This document shows, in pieces, positions 1 through 14,171 of a stretch of 64,000 bases of DNA. A program made the position numbers and the translations under genes. The notes beneath the pieces are model-generated. The model had not been told where the DNA came from. It saw only the letters and a list, made by a program, of their open reading frames with translations, and searched no databases. Within the stretch, counting starts at the first letter, position 1. Each line of letters starts with the position of its first letter. This stretch comes from Amoeboaphelidium protococcarum X5 (Eukaryota; Fungi; Aphelidiomycota), in the NCBI GenBank assembly GCA_023515725.1, contig JALDTO010000207.1, positions 147,573 through 211,572 on the forward strand. The letters run 5' to 3'.

Positions 1-189
1 GGTAACGCTGCTCGTGATAACAAGAAGACTCGTATCATTCCTCGTCACTTGCAGTTGGCCATCAGAAATGATGAAGAATTGAACAAGCTGCTTGGTGATG
101 TTACCATTGCTCAAGGTGGTGTTTTGCCAAACATTCACACTACTCTGCTGCCAAAGAAGTCCAAGAGTGCTGCTTCTTAGGAGATGTGA
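1..189 (+). CDS. H2A: Histone H2A, copy 1 (5' partial)
   Basis: [32 protein letters not shown]...KSKSAAS-TAG(Q)-EM-TGA; ends in an SQ(E)x motif when TAG=Gln. Confidence 0.97.
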
Positions 190-220
190 GTTGTCCTCTG
201 AGTAAGTTTATATTTTACTT

Positions 221-248
221 GCAAAATGGTGTTTTTAAACACCTTCAA
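221..248 (+). other. Histone mRNA 3' stem-loop (GGTGTT-TTTA-AACACC at 228-243) with A-rich 5' flank
   Basis: 6-bp stem and 4-nt loop about 40 nt after the stop; the same 28-mer GCAAAATGGTGTTTTTAAACACCTTCAA follows all three histone genes. Confidence 0.88.
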
Positions 249-504
249 TTGATTACTTTAAGGTGTCTGTTGAAATTATTGATGTAATTGCCGTTATGAA
301 CTTAGTTTTTTAAATTCATCAGTTTGTATTTAGATATGTTTTACTATTGTGTACTGTAAATTAATTCCCTACTATTCTCAACAATCATCCCCTGAGTTGT
401 AAAGTAGCCCCTTTGCAAACTGAAGATGTCTCCTAAACTGCGTGGCGTAGATTTAATTGAATATTTTCATTTCACAATTGAAGTCGATAAGGAGAAATAT
501 AAAT

Positions 505-1653
505 ATGATTTTCTTTTTGCTTCTCCTGCTTACTCTTAACCACTCTGTGTATTCTGTATCCCATAGCAGAGTGTCGAATGGTGGTCCTTTTGGGAATTTT
601 CAAAGAGAGTGTCGCGTCTATTAGCAATAAGATGAATCTTTGGAGAAAGCTATTTAAAATTCCGACCGTATTGCTCAGTTTATAGGCCAGTTTTTTCAAG
701 CGACAGCTGGTGGTTAGCTATCTGAAATGTCTGACTTGTGCCAGTAGGATTCCTAATTGTGTGATCAATTGAGACTGGACGATATTATCTCTAGATTTAA
801 GAATGTACACAAAACGAAGGGTGGCTCTCAATTTGTACTCGACAAATATAAGGATGAGCATGGTGAGATCAGAGATTTTCATTTGTTCAATGCTTTGGAC
901 ACTAAAGAGTCTAATCCTCCTGATATTAATCATGAACGCGTTGAAAACTCTCTTAGATCTCTCCGGGAATATCATGCTAATCAGGATTTGACACCACTCA
1001 TTCGCAAGTATGTGCAGCTGTGTGACGATTTCATATGGCGTACATATGGATTCCATGTAGACCTTTTTGATTACATGCTATCGGGGTCCAAGTCTTTTAC
1101 TTGGACTTGGCTACGTGGCGAATTCCTGTCGAAGTTGGAATCTTTGGATCAGGTATTGACTAATCAAGAATCTCATCCATCGTCTGGAGTCTAGCTGTAC
1201 AAACGTAATGCCAATGAGCCGCCTGTATTACCTTTTAAAGTACTAAAAGCGGCTCTCATTAGAATCGCAAGTGTCGTTGCTAGTCCATTTGTTTTCATAG
1301 CTGCTGTGTTCTCTTTCATTTTCGGACTAGTGTTCTTTAAGATTGTGCCTCTGCTGTTTTGTGGCTCGTTGTACGGCGGTAGTGTTGCGAGTCAATGTTG
1401 TGTAAACGGGATCTTCTGTGTGCCGGAGGTTTGCTGTAGCACTGCTTGCTGCAGAGTCGCGACGTGTGATTCTGGTTCAGACATTGTATCCCGAATTAAA
1501 GAAGCTCTGCTAGGTTGTCTTCGTGGATGCGACCAAGTAAGCTGGGAGGCTATAGCCAATCTTCCCAACTTTTGGGCGACTTTCAGTGCTGATCTGGTTC
1601 AACTTGCAGTTAAACTGTATGCGGGCATTCCTCTTAATCAAGAGATCGAGTGA
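505..1653 (+). CDS. Orphan secreted or membrane protein, 382 aa, with an LYKR site and a hydrophobic Cys-rich C-terminal part
   Basis: Continuous table-6 ORF joining track ORFs 757-1194 and 1306-1653; N-terminus MIFFLLLLLTLNHSVYS resembles a signal peptide; TGA stop. Confidence 0.75.
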
Positions 1654-1777
1654 ATTAGATAGACAAGAGATTCGAAATATATCAAAAGCATTTTGAAAGC
1701 ACATTTCTATTTCTATTCTCGATGATATTTACACATTTTTTGTTACCTTCGCCAGAACGTAGCCAGCTATTCCACGA

Positions 1778-2740
1778 TCAAGCACTGGCAATGTTCTTCA
1801 TCGCATCTAAATTCTAGCTAATCCATGGCTGGAAGTATTCCAAGTTGGTGTAAACAGCAGGGACGTTTGCTGGGAGAAGCAGCGTCCCGAATGTAATCTA
1901 ACCGCATCCATCCCCAAAAGATACAAGTCCCACCGCAACTGGATTCGTTTAATCAACGTACAGAGGACCGCCAGAATCTCCTTTACATGAATCGGATCTT
2001 AATCTTTAACCTTGCGCGCAAAAAACACTACCACTGGGGATCTCCTTGTTGAGCTTCAACAGTTTCTCGCACTCATCAAACTCTGACAAATACAGATCAA
2101 TCTGTTGAGCATGATTCGAGACTTAATTACTATGGTACTGCGTCGCGCCCCAGCCGGCAAATTCAAGTTTATCAAAAAATGACACATCATCGTCCACACG
2201 ACCATTTTTGTACATAACATCCTTCCAGCCAGATTGCTCAGTATTCTGCGGAGAATAAACTATATCAGACCGATTCAAACTGATTGGGCGAAGATACTTT
2301 AGATTGCGACGCGTGAATGGGAGAGGATACAACTACAACTAGGCGATATCATAGGCCGTCTATCCATTTTAAAACACTTTAAATTCCGAGTGAACATTAA
2401 CGCTATTGACCTTAAAGACTACGGACCTGTCGTCCTACCCTAACTCTCTCAATCTCAGAAAATTAACGCGTACATAGTAATGCCCATTTACCATGCGGGG
2501 ATCCTTATCAGCAAAGCAGTGACCAGCTGTAATAACAGAATACACTCCATCCTCTGCAGCAACTAGCGCCCCAGTACAAAAGTGACTCCTATCAGGCATT
2601 TAAATACTCGCTAGAAAAGGGAGAGGCTCTTCTAGCGGCTATCCATTCACAGCACGCTTGCTCAGTGAAACGATTGATTCATCACCAAAAGCACACCCAA
2701 TGATTAACACTGCAATGGATAAAACCAAATTCAAATACAT
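1778..2740 (-). CDS. Secreted trypsin-like S1 serine protease 1
   Basis: Signal peptide, LSKR-AVNG, TAGHC and SDSCKGDSGGP motifs; 320 aa, TGA stop. Confidence 0.92.
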
Positions 2741-3225
2741 TTCAATCTAATTTCTATACTAAATCTATGTGAAAATTATATCTATCGACGCTGAAGAATG
2801 AGAAAGATACAATACTTTGAGAATATACTTGAAAGAGCCAGTTACTAAGCGCCAGACTAGTTCACGAGGTTACACGTATGAAACTGGCTACTGAAATCGA
2901 ATTTATCATAATGTTTTATAATGCAACACGCTCTGAGCCTGCATAATATAACTTCCTTCATAGTCTCCGTAATATGAACCACTCGTTGGCTCAGACAGAT
3001 GATCAATTTTAGAAAGTGTGGCTGAAACAGAACAAGCGTTTCTACTCTCTTTTCTTTCGCCTTTCAGTCTGTCGCGCGTCATTCGTCGCGTTTCTTCTCT
3101 CTCTGCTCAGCTCTTCAGGTTGGAAAGAAACAGTTCTTCGTTACGGAACACATACTCTAATTCTATCCTTCATACTGTTCATATTTGATAATATTAACTT
3201 TTTATCTAAGTACTTATTTAATTGA

Positions 3226-4581
<1,356 letters not shown>

Positions 4582-5299
4582 GTATGATTATTGTATGCTC
4601 TCTGGCCTATTAATTTATCATGATTTATCGTGAGAATAACATTAACTGAAATCTAACTGATTAAACGCTTTTTAACCTTTGTTTATGCCACCTTTATCAG
4701 CTTATCAATTAATTATTCAATGTTCGTTATTAAATTGCATTGAGCTTTGAACACTATTTCTACAGTATTGTTAGAACGCGACCACGCTGATTAAAAGTTT
4801 ACTATATAGGAATTATTACACGACGATCTATACGATAACTCTTAAAGCCTTTGAATATGCGAAACAAACCAACCGCTGCGCAACTCCTCTTCACTCGCAT
4901 TGTTCAGAGATAGTTAGAACATTTATGAAGCAACAACTGAAACTGATCTTATCATCACTATCGTGCACCATCAAATCAGAACCATCTCCAGTCTGATCGC
5001 AAGTTTAAATCAGTCTGTCTAGATAGATTTAGCTGTGCCTTTTTCAACCCTCATTAAACGTAGAAAAATTACGTAGATAACTCATAAACCATAGCATATA
5101 TTGGTTCAAAGCCTTCATTAGAATATACTTGATTTATCCAAGAGGCTTACAGATTCTATTCAATCAGGGGTGTTACGGTAATCACGTTATTATTATTACT
5201 CGAGCCGACGACACCATCATTCTCACCCTCTTCGTGAAAACCTGATAAACACTTGGTTTATTAGTGTCATAGTGATTAAACCATAACAAAAAACACAAT

Positions 5300-6535
5300 A
5301 TGAGCAACTAAGGTAGCCGTAAGAAGGATAAGAGCTCAGCGATGGTATCGCTTCTGCTGGTTGTTGGTATGCTGGCCACGGGTACTGCGAATACTCTATT
5401 GAATAAATTCTAGGATAAGCAGTGCGTGCGCGACTGTGACACTGACAATCCGAAGCATTACGCTCAGCCTGTATGGTAGACACTTACTATGTTCATTGGT
5501 GAATTCTTGTGTATGCTAGTATATTGGATCGGTAATGTGTATCATCGCAGCCAGAAGTCTTCAAGTGAGAAGAAGTTTGACGTGGCTGGCAGCGCGTAAT
5601 TCGATGAAGATGAGCCGCTTTTGAAAGGATCATCCTCCGCCGCTGACACTCTACCCATTGAAGATGATCTAGGTGGTGGTGTTATTGGTGTTGAATAGCA
5701 ATTTGCGCGTAAAGAGCTGAAGGGATATGCTAATTTCTTGCTGTGGTTGCCGACTCTGTGCGATATTGTTGGCACAACTTTGATGAATGTCGGTCTTCTC
5801 GTTGTCGCCGCATCAGTGTATTAGATGCTACGTGGTGCTGTTGTTATATTCACTGGCATCTTGTCCTTTTTAATTTTGCGTATTAAATTGCCTCTGTACA
5901 GAATCATTGCGCTGAGCACAGTCATGGTCGGTGTTGCGCTGGTTGGACTCGCTCCCACATTGTTTAAAGATGACAAGGCTGTGGATACTCATGCATCATT
6001 CCTCAGTCCGTCTGTGGGTGTATTGTTCATCTTGGCTGCATAGATCTCGTCTGCTTTCCAGTTTGTCATTGAAGAGAAGATCATTATCAACTATACTGGT
6101 ACTCCTATCAAATTGGTTGGTCTTGAAGGTCTGTTTGGTTTGATCACCCTGCTGTTGTTCATGCCAATCTTCCACTTCACATTCGGTAAGGACACGGGCG
6201 GATACTTTGATCTGGTGTCTGGATATGAGGATTTGGCGTCTAGTCCTGCAGTTTGGGGCTCCAGTATTGGCTGCGCATTGTCCATTGCCTTCTTTAATTA
6301 CTTTGGTCTTAACGTGACGCGTTATATCTCCGCCACCTCTAGGACCACGATCGATACCTGCAGGACTCTGTTCATCTGGATCATCAGTTTAGCACTGGGC
6401 TGGGAGATCTTCATCTGGCTTCAAGTTGTTGGATTCCTAGTGTTAATCTATGGAACCTTTGTGTTCAATGATGTTATTCCTCTGGTGCCAAACTTTATTA
6501 AAAGCAGGTTGTAGAAGAATTGTGAACGCTCTTGA
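5300..6535 (+). CDS. SLC35F6-like nucleotide-sugar transporter family protein
   Basis: GMLATGTANTLLNKFQD, QPVWQTLTMFIGE, YQMLRGAVVIFTG and SATSRTTIDTCRT motifs; multi-pass hydrophobic. Confidence 0.88.
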
Positions 6536-6638
6536 TTATCAAGTATATAGGACGTATTTTAGCATAATATATGATTACTAATAAACTCACTGAATTTACA
6601 GCTTTTGTCGTAATACATTACATTACATTTTTTTTAAT

Positions 6639-7303
6639 TCACGCTCCTTTCATGCGATATTACAGCGATGCCAATCCTTCTACCTGTTCATCCACTTGCT
6701 TCATTACATTAGTGGCGATGATATTCATTAACAGAGTCATCGCAATTGGAAGTAATGATAGAATTTAACCAGCAACCGCGTCAGTATGCTAGTTCTTTGC
6801 AGTCGCCCAGTACGCAACAGCTGTCATGAATGAATATGCAAGCAGCGATAGAATAGTAGAGTCGGAGAAGTATCTCATTATCCTAGTATAAGATGGACTT
6901 TTACCGACAGATGGGTGAAGAATCAGCGCGTTGAACATTAGTGATGTAAAGCCAAAGAACATGACTGGTTTGTTAATCAGCTTGATCCAACCGAGTATAG
7001 GATATCTACACTTGGACGTTAGTATACCAATTGATTATTGTACAGCTTATCGTGAAGATAGATATTTACTTACATGACAGCAGCTAGAATCGAGAGCGAA
7101 GATAATATAGCCTTGTGTCGCCTTTGATCACTAACATTTCTGCTGTGCATTAGCTTGATTAGATTTTCTTGTTCTACTCACACAAGCGCGTACATAACAA
7201 ACAACTTAACATCGATTTGGAGAAAATCTATACCTTATTCATCCAAAATAGATTAACTATCTAAATCCTCTGTCAATTAGCTTTATCCTCTTCGCTTCGC
7301 CAT
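6639..7303 (-). CDS. Small multi-pass membrane protein; introns 7174-7233 and 7006-7073
   Basis: Spliced ORF with N-terminal LDEQEQENLI and C-terminal LASLQYRMKGA-TGA, resembling a conserved fungal unknown-function family. Confidence 0.7.
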
Positions 7304-7450
7304 TATTCTACCAGCGTATATCTTACAGAGATCTTTCAACGATTCTGATTGAGCGATATTTATAAAGTGCGTCTCGTCACTTTAACGGAGATTTCTTTCT
7401 TTGAGAGTTTGAATTATTCCGGACTATATTTGTAAATCTTAATCAATAGG

Positions 7451-8365
7451 ATGGGGAATCCGGGAAAGCCAAAGAATTCTAATAATGGCAATGGTAATAG
7501 TCTTTTCTAAGATGGACGACTTAATGCTTTAATTGAAGTCATAAATTCATCACAGACTTCTTCAACAATGGTGTCATCATCATTATCATCGCGTCCATCT
7601 GCTGCAATCACCTCTGAGGATGTGCAATCTGAAACAGGTGCGGATAATCAGTAAAGTAGCGGTAGACTTAGGTAGACAATTGGTACTCAGTCTGATACCA
7701 ATATTCTGCTATTAAATAGGCACAATGATACTACTCTTGGCCGCCCATAGCAATAAGTATCAATTAGCGAGGCAGTGAGCGGTAATGTAAATGTTACTCA
7801 TCTTGCTGCCGCCCTATTTTTGCGACGATTTCGTGATGCTCGTGTATCTCAGCAGTTTGGCCTATCTGAACCATTGACGAATGGTCTCTAATAAAGATAG
7901 TAATCACCAACTGGTGTTTTTAGATAAAGAGTCTTTAATCTTCATGGCGATCCTGCTGATAATGAAAATCCCAATGGTAGTGCTGATGGTGGTGTAGATT
8001 CCACCTCATAAGATTGGTCATTGTCAAATGATGAAGCTGATTCTGCACAGATTGCTGAGATTTAAAACAATTGGGTATAACACGAACCGTTGCTTTAATA
8101 GTCTACATCTGGTGATATTTCATAGAATCGCTTGAATAATCGCCATTTCGTAGTGATGACTATAGACTCTTTTGAGAGCTCTAGCCCGTCCCGATAAGAG
8201 GATACAGTCTTACAGTAATAGCGCGTCAATTCACGACAGTAAACTACATCTACTTCTACTTCAAGGACTGGTTAAAGTATTAATAGTCACACTGTCACTC
8301 CATAGAATTAAAACTCTAGATCTTCACCTGGAGCTCCTCAATTTGGAGATTATGCCTTTCGGTGA
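7451..8365 (+). CDS. Hypothetical Ser/Asn/Gln-rich low-complexity protein, 304 aa
   Basis: Uninterrupted table-6 ORF from ATG to TGA; no recognisable domain. Confidence 0.65.
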
Positions 8366-8474
8366 TTATTGAATTGATTGTTTATTAAATCTGAATAAAC
8401 TTTAAACATCTGAGCCTTTGACTTTACAAAGAATTTTAAATTAGAACAGCAGAGTCACAACATATTAACCCAAA

Positions 8475-9593
8475 TCATAAACATTCAAAGGATCTGAGTA
8501 GAGCTATTTCGCGCTTGTAAACTTCGAGTTCATCATCTTGTACTGGCGTCTCTAGTATTAATGGAATATTATCAAATCTTGAATCTGTCATTATAAATCT
8601 GAAAGCATCCAATCCAATTTTACCTTTGCCTAAATTCTCGTGTCTATCACGTTTGCATCCCAACTCGCCTTTACTATCATTCAAATGACACGCTTTGAGA
8701 TAACGCAGTCCAACTACAGAGTCAAACTCCTTCATCACATTGTCAAAAGACTCTGCAGTTCTTATATCATAACCAGCAGCAAAGGCATGACACGTGTCAA
8801 AACAGACACCAATTCTCTAATTCTACTCCGACTTGTACTCATCATTGATTAATGAAATCACGTCTGCAAGATCTTGGAACGATGCTCCTATGTGATTCCC
8901 ATGACCAGCCATATTTTCAAGTACAACGCATATCTCCTAAGTCTCTTTCAATGCAGCATTTACATTGTCAGCGATAAACTGAATACATTCCTCTCTAGTG
9001 CAATTGCCACAGGAACTGCCAGGATGAATATTGTATAGTGAGATGCCAAGTCGCTCACATCGCTTCAAATCATCCAGGAAGTAACGGAAGCTTTTATCTC
9101 GCAACTCTTTATCTGGACTGCCAATATTGCAGATATACTAGCCATGTGGTAGTATATGCTAAGGAGCAATTCCACTATCCCTTAATCTCTCTGTGAATTA
9201 TTACACGGTCGAGTCTTCCAGATCAGCCGCATCCCACTTTCTAGGCTTCGTGAACAAGGCGAACGCATTTCCATTCATAAGCAGAGAATTGCGGACCGAC
9301 TTGAATAGTCCACCAGCAGCGGATACATGAGCTCCCACAAACTTTTTACTTCCAGACGGAATATGCAGCACAGGTACTAAATCTCCGCCAGTCAATTCGT
9401 CATCTCTGTTAAGTTTCGGATTAGGCAGCCGCTGTCGCTTCTTTACAGGCTTACTGGTGGCAGAATTTGGTTAAATGTTAACATCAGAGCTCAATGGAGT
9501 ATTCTCTGATACTACAGATGAAGTGTCCAATTATACAACTGCGGTTGACGCAAGACTTCTCTTTGCAAGACTTCTCGTAACTCTAGTCATCAT
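8475..9593 (-). CDS. APN1: AP endonuclease, endonuclease IV family
   Basis: VGAHVSAAGG, HGSY, ENMAG, DTCH, HLNDSK, DRHENLGKG and LILETP motifs. Confidence 0.95.
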
Positions 9594-9912
9594 AACGCGT
9601 TCTCAGCAAGTGTTTTATAACAATAAAAAATACCAGGATATTCTTACTTTCGTATTATCAATAGAATACGATTATGTTAAAGAAACTTGCTACTAAATAA
9701 TACAAATTTAATCTTCTATTTAGTAGTCCATGTAGAAATAGGAATAACAGGTGAATTATCTCGTGATTTCGTGTGTGACGTCGTATCAGGAGGTTGCTTT
9801 CGTACGGCGCAGCACTTTACAGCTATAACGATCGCTTCGTACATACTGTTTAGATTCCCTCTTTTCTGAAGTAAATAAATAAATTAAATAATTTTAGATA
9901 GTATCCATCGCT

Positions 9913-11004
9913 ATGCTTAGAGATATCTGGTGTTTAGTGGCTATAATCGCGATTTGGTAATGTGTTGATGCTGTGGCATTGTTCAAGAGAATCGTCAATG
10001 GCAGACCGCTTGAGTAACCTCAGCCTTTCTTGGCTAGCATTCAGAATGAAAAGGGATAGCACTAATGTACCGGTGGTCTGATCCAAGCTCCAGACGGAAT
10101 TTACTCAGTGCTGACTGCTGGACACTGCTTTGCCGACAAGCCACCGCATACGGTGAACGGCAGATACTATGTGAGGGTGAACTTCTTAGAGCTGCGCGCG
10201 GTTGGCGACAATGATCAATCTGTCGTGTTTAAGATTAATAGTGTAAAAGTTCACGAGAATTTCACAATCTACGAAAATGGATAGACTGCCTTTGATATTG
10301 CACAATTATAGCTGATTCCGATAAAGATCTTTGAGAAGAACTTGAAATACTTGAAACCTATGAGTATTAACGCGTCTGATATTTAATTGGGTGCTGCAGG
10401 TGCTTAATAATCAAGTGGCGATGAAGACGGCAATGTTGTTGACAGACTGTTGAACAGATTTGAGAAATGGAATGATAAAAAGAATGGTGTCGAGGTGAAT
10501 AATCCACTTAATGGAAAGTTGAAGCTCTCTGGATGGGGAGCTCTTGAAGCTGGGCAGTCATCTTCTAATCACGCCCAGACTCTGAATTTGGAACTGTCAA
10601 AGTTTTAATCTTGTGCTGATGCCCTGAAGTTTGATGGATCAAAGATCCCTCCGGAGAGTGTAATATGCGCATAGGGTCAAGATCTGAAGTCTGATTCATG
10701 CCAAGGAGACTCTGGCGGTCCTCTTTATGTTGATTAAGAGAATCCAGTTGCTATTGGCTTGACGGCGTTTGGTGATAGATGTGCTTCACTCAAGTTTGGT
10801 AATTTGCTCTTGCCAGCTAACGTCCCTGCCGTTTACACGAACATCTCGTACTTTCAGTCATGGATCAACAATAATCTCAAGTAGATGAAGAAATTAGAGT
10901 CACCATAACTGCGAAAACGCGACTTGAATAATCTCCTATCGCAATTTGGGGGAGTATCTAACATTTTGAAGAGTGATCGTCAAGTCTTTGCTGCAGAACA
11001 ATGA
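9913..11004 (+). CDS. Secreted trypsin-like S1 serine protease 2
   Basis: Signal peptide, LFKR-IVNG, TAGHC, DIA and SDSCQGDSGGP motifs; C-terminal extension after LRKR. Confidence 0.93.
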
Positions 11005-11494
11005 GATTCGCTCATCTGCCAACTCAATTGCAAGGTAATTCAATCCGGATTTTGACATTTCATAGGTTGACAACTTGGACAGTGCGTAGATCGATAATTA
11101 CGCACAGCAAGCTCATTGATTCTACAACGAAAATCCTCAAGTCAAGAATCAGGTGAATGATTTGATTGGCCGATTCATGAAATTTTGAACTTTTTTAGTA
11201 GATGATTGATTAATTTAATTGAAGTTTTGGCTCTAATAATACCATCTTCACAGTCATTTTTATTCCAAATGTTTTATTTGAATTCATATATGAGTGAGCA
11301 TAGACCGTGAAATTGGCAGCGCGATCATTCAGACAGTTCACGTAATGCATGTAGTAACGTTACATTAACAGTTCAGCTGTTTCAATCGTTCCAATCAGTG
11401 AGTAGAAATCTGCTTTATAATGACATCGAATGCCGTGCTCTTGTGACAGCTGATAGCTTTCCCCCTGCTAATAAACATTAGGTCCAAGATAGCT

Positions 11495-12436
11495 ATGATA
11501 GCTCCAATAATATTACTAGTGATTAGTTTTTAGACACTTTCAGTGTTTGCTCTCACGGTTTCACTATATAAACGCGTCATTAATGGTGAACCTCTGGAGA
11601 AGCCGTTGCCATTTTTGGCCAGTATCTAATCTAATCAAAGCATGCATTAATGCGGCGGGTCCCTTATTACTGCCAAAGATGGTATATTCGCAATGGTCAG
11701 TGCAGCTCATTGTTTCCCGCCAGAATCGCGTAATGATATTCTGTAGCACAGCCATGTACGTATGAATTTCGTTGATCAAAATAGTACGAATCATGGCTCT
11801 TCTGTCTACTTTGATTTCACTAATGTGACTGTGCATCCACAGTATGACATTGCTGTGGCATAGTTGAATCCTTGGAAAGATTCAGTGCGTAATTTGCACA
11901 AGGTTGTGCCAATCTAATTGAATCAAAATCTTTCTAATCTGGGCAGTAGCATTAAAGTATTGCCTAATAAGCCTATTCAAACATCTCTTAATGCGTAAAT
12001 GAATGCCAGTGTTGTACATCAGTAGGATCCTCTATACTAAACGATCTACGTTGCTGGATGGGGTGTATCTGACATTAACTCTTTCAAACCTTCGCGTTTA
12101 GCTTCAAAATTGCAAATGAGCCTCATTGAATATGGCAATTGCGACAACACGCAGACACAGGTAAAAGGCTTTGCTGATGATGAGTTGATATGTGCCATTG
12201 GTTAAAAGCCAAGTTCTGGTACATGTTTCGGTGATTCTGGTGGTCCACTCTATATTGATGACAATATGCCGTCACTTATTGGGCTGGTTTCTGCAAGTAG
12301 ATATTCATGCGCTGGAATGAGCAACAAATGGTCACAGTTCAATGGTAGTCCTCCCAACTTATTCACAAGGATAGACGTCAACTTGCCTTGGATTTCCAAA
12401 GTTGTTTCAACCATGAAGGCCACCAAGACGATATGA
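11495..12436 (+). CDS. Secreted S1 serine protease 3 (non-tryptic S1 pocket)
   Basis: Signal peptide, LYKR-VING, SAAHC, YDIAV and SGTCFGDSGGP motifs. Confidence 0.92.
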
Positions 12437-12526
12437 TCAGAGTAAAAATGTTAGAATAGACAATAGAATAAAATTAACTAAATTCTCAACATATAATAAG
12501 TTCAACAGACACCATAAAGTGATCAA

Positions 12527-12554
12527 TTGAAGGTGTTTAAAAACACCATTTTGC
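12527..12554 (-). other. Histone mRNA 3' stem-loop of H2A copy 2 (stem-loop 12532-12547)
   Basis: Reverse complement of the same 28-mer. Confidence 0.88.
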
Positions 12555-12585
12555 AAGTATTATAATAACATACTTAGAGGACAAC

Positions 12586-12966
12586 TCACATCTCCTAAGA
12601 AGCAGCACTCTTGGACTTCTTTGGCAGCAGAGTAGTGTGAATGTTTGGCAAAACACCACCTTGAGCAATAGTAACATCACCCAGCAGCTTGTTCAATTCT
12701 TCATCATTTCTGATGGCCAACTGCAAGTGACGAGGAATGATACGAGTCTTCTTGTTATCACGAGCAGCGTTACCAGCCAACTCCAGAATTTCAGCAGTCA
12801 AGTACTCCAGGACAGCAGCCAGATAAACTGGAGCACCAGCACCAATACGCTGAGCATAGTTACCCTGACGAAGCTTACGGTGCACACGACCAACAGGGAA
12901 CTGCAGGCCGGCCTTGGTAGAACGGGACTTTGATGGTTTAGCAGCAGTATTCTTTCCTCCAGCCAT
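12586..12966 (-). CDS. H2A: Histone H2A, copy 2
   Basis: Full H2A fold; ends AAS-TAG(Q)-EM-TGA. Confidence 0.98.
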
Positions 12967-13415
12967 TTTAGTGAATAAGTAAGTTGTTTATAAGAGAGTT
13001 GTATACAATTGTAATAGTTGTAAATTCTAAACACACACACGAAGAGAGGAAGAGAGAGAAGTTGAGGCGTCGCGAGAATTTGTTCGGCCGCGCTGAGAGT
13101 TTTCTCGTTTCACTTTTCTGTTTTCGTTCTTTGTCTCATTGACTCTCTCTGTGTGTTGATGTTTGTGTGTTTGCCCGTTTCAGCGATGAGGCGAGTAAAA
13201 CCGTCGCTGAAAATCCAGTGGCTTATGGAGCGAGCGCTTTCTCTCTCTCTCTCTGTTGGTGCCGCTTGTGCAAAGACGAGAGCGAGAAACTGAAACGGAA
13301 ACTTTCCAATTCGCGCCGAACAAGAACGCCGCCTCGACCAATTCACTTCTTTTCTTTGTTTTGTTACAGTGAAATAGTTTGTTAATTCTAATAACACATC
13401 AATATATTCAACAAT
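12967..13415. promoter_or_regulatory. Bidirectional H2A-H2B promoter with mirror-image motifs
   Basis: Divergent gene pair; central inverted repeat at 13178-13212; GAGGCG...TTGTTCGGC motif in opposite orientations at 13064-13092 and 13312-13335. Confidence 0.75.
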
Positions 13416-13796
13416 ATGCCTCCAAAGTTTGAAGCTGCAAAGAAGCCTGCATCCAAGCAACCTGCTGGAAAGAAGCCTAAGGTTGACGCTAAGGCTGGTG
13501 GTCGCAAGAAGAGCCGTAAGGAAAGTTACTCCACTTACATCTACAAGGTGTTGAAGCAGGTGCATCCTGATGTTGGTATCTCCAACAAGGCTATGTCTAT
13601 TCTCAACTCTTTTGTCAATGACATCTTTGGCCGTATTGCTGGTGAGGCTGGTCGTTTGGCTACCTACTCCAAGAAGAGCACCATCAGCTCTCGCGAGATT
13701 CAGACTGCTGTCCGTCTGCTGTTGCCTGGTGAGTTGGCCAAGCATGCTGTCTCTGAGGGTACCAAGGCTGTCACCAAGTACACTTCCAGCAAGTGA
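13416..13796 (+). CDS. H2B: Histone H2B
   Basis: [19 protein letters not shown]...[12 protein letters not shown]. Confidence 0.99.
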   Translation: MPPKFEAAKKPASKQPAGKKPKVDAKAGGRKKSRKESYSTYIYKVLKQVHPDVGISNKAMSILNSFVNDIFGRIAGEAGRLATYSKKSTISSREIQTAVRLLLPGELAKHAVSEGTKAVTKYTSSK

Positions 13797-13828
13797 GTGC
13801 TCATCTGTGTTGGTTTTTTTATATACAC

Positions 13829-13856
13829 GCAAAATGGTGTTTTTAAACACCTTCAA
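13829..13856 (+). other. Histone mRNA 3' stem-loop of H2B (stem-loop 13836-13851)
   Basis: Same 28-mer as after both H2A genes although the rest of the UTR is unrelated. Confidence 0.88.
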
Positions 13857-14171
13857 ATTATCTCTATTTATGAGTAATGGTTGAAATTATTTTGTTTTAT
13901 TTCATTTGTGATTAGCATCTAATGCACAATATTAAATTTATTTATTCAAACTTTCATCTTCGCTTATGGCACTCGCTCTCCTCATCCTTTCCTGTTGGGA
14001 CTTTCGCTCGCCTGCTCTCCAAACTGTTCCTCTCTTTGGCCAACTCATGATCGCCCATCGCCGTTCTGTGATCAACCTTAGTTCAAATTTTTCGCGCTTT
14101 GTCCATTCCTCCTCCAATCTCTACTATAATATTCGTATTGGTTATCAATATAATAATTAAAAGATTTAAAA

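Noticed and set aside
4582-5299. Possible small gene or ncRNA between tubulin and SLC35F6
   Set aside because: Only short ORFs or ORFs lacking an ATG, and no recognisable RNA motif.
13110-13856. 248-aa antisense ORF across H2B and its promoter
   Set aside because: Antisense shadow with no recognisable motif.
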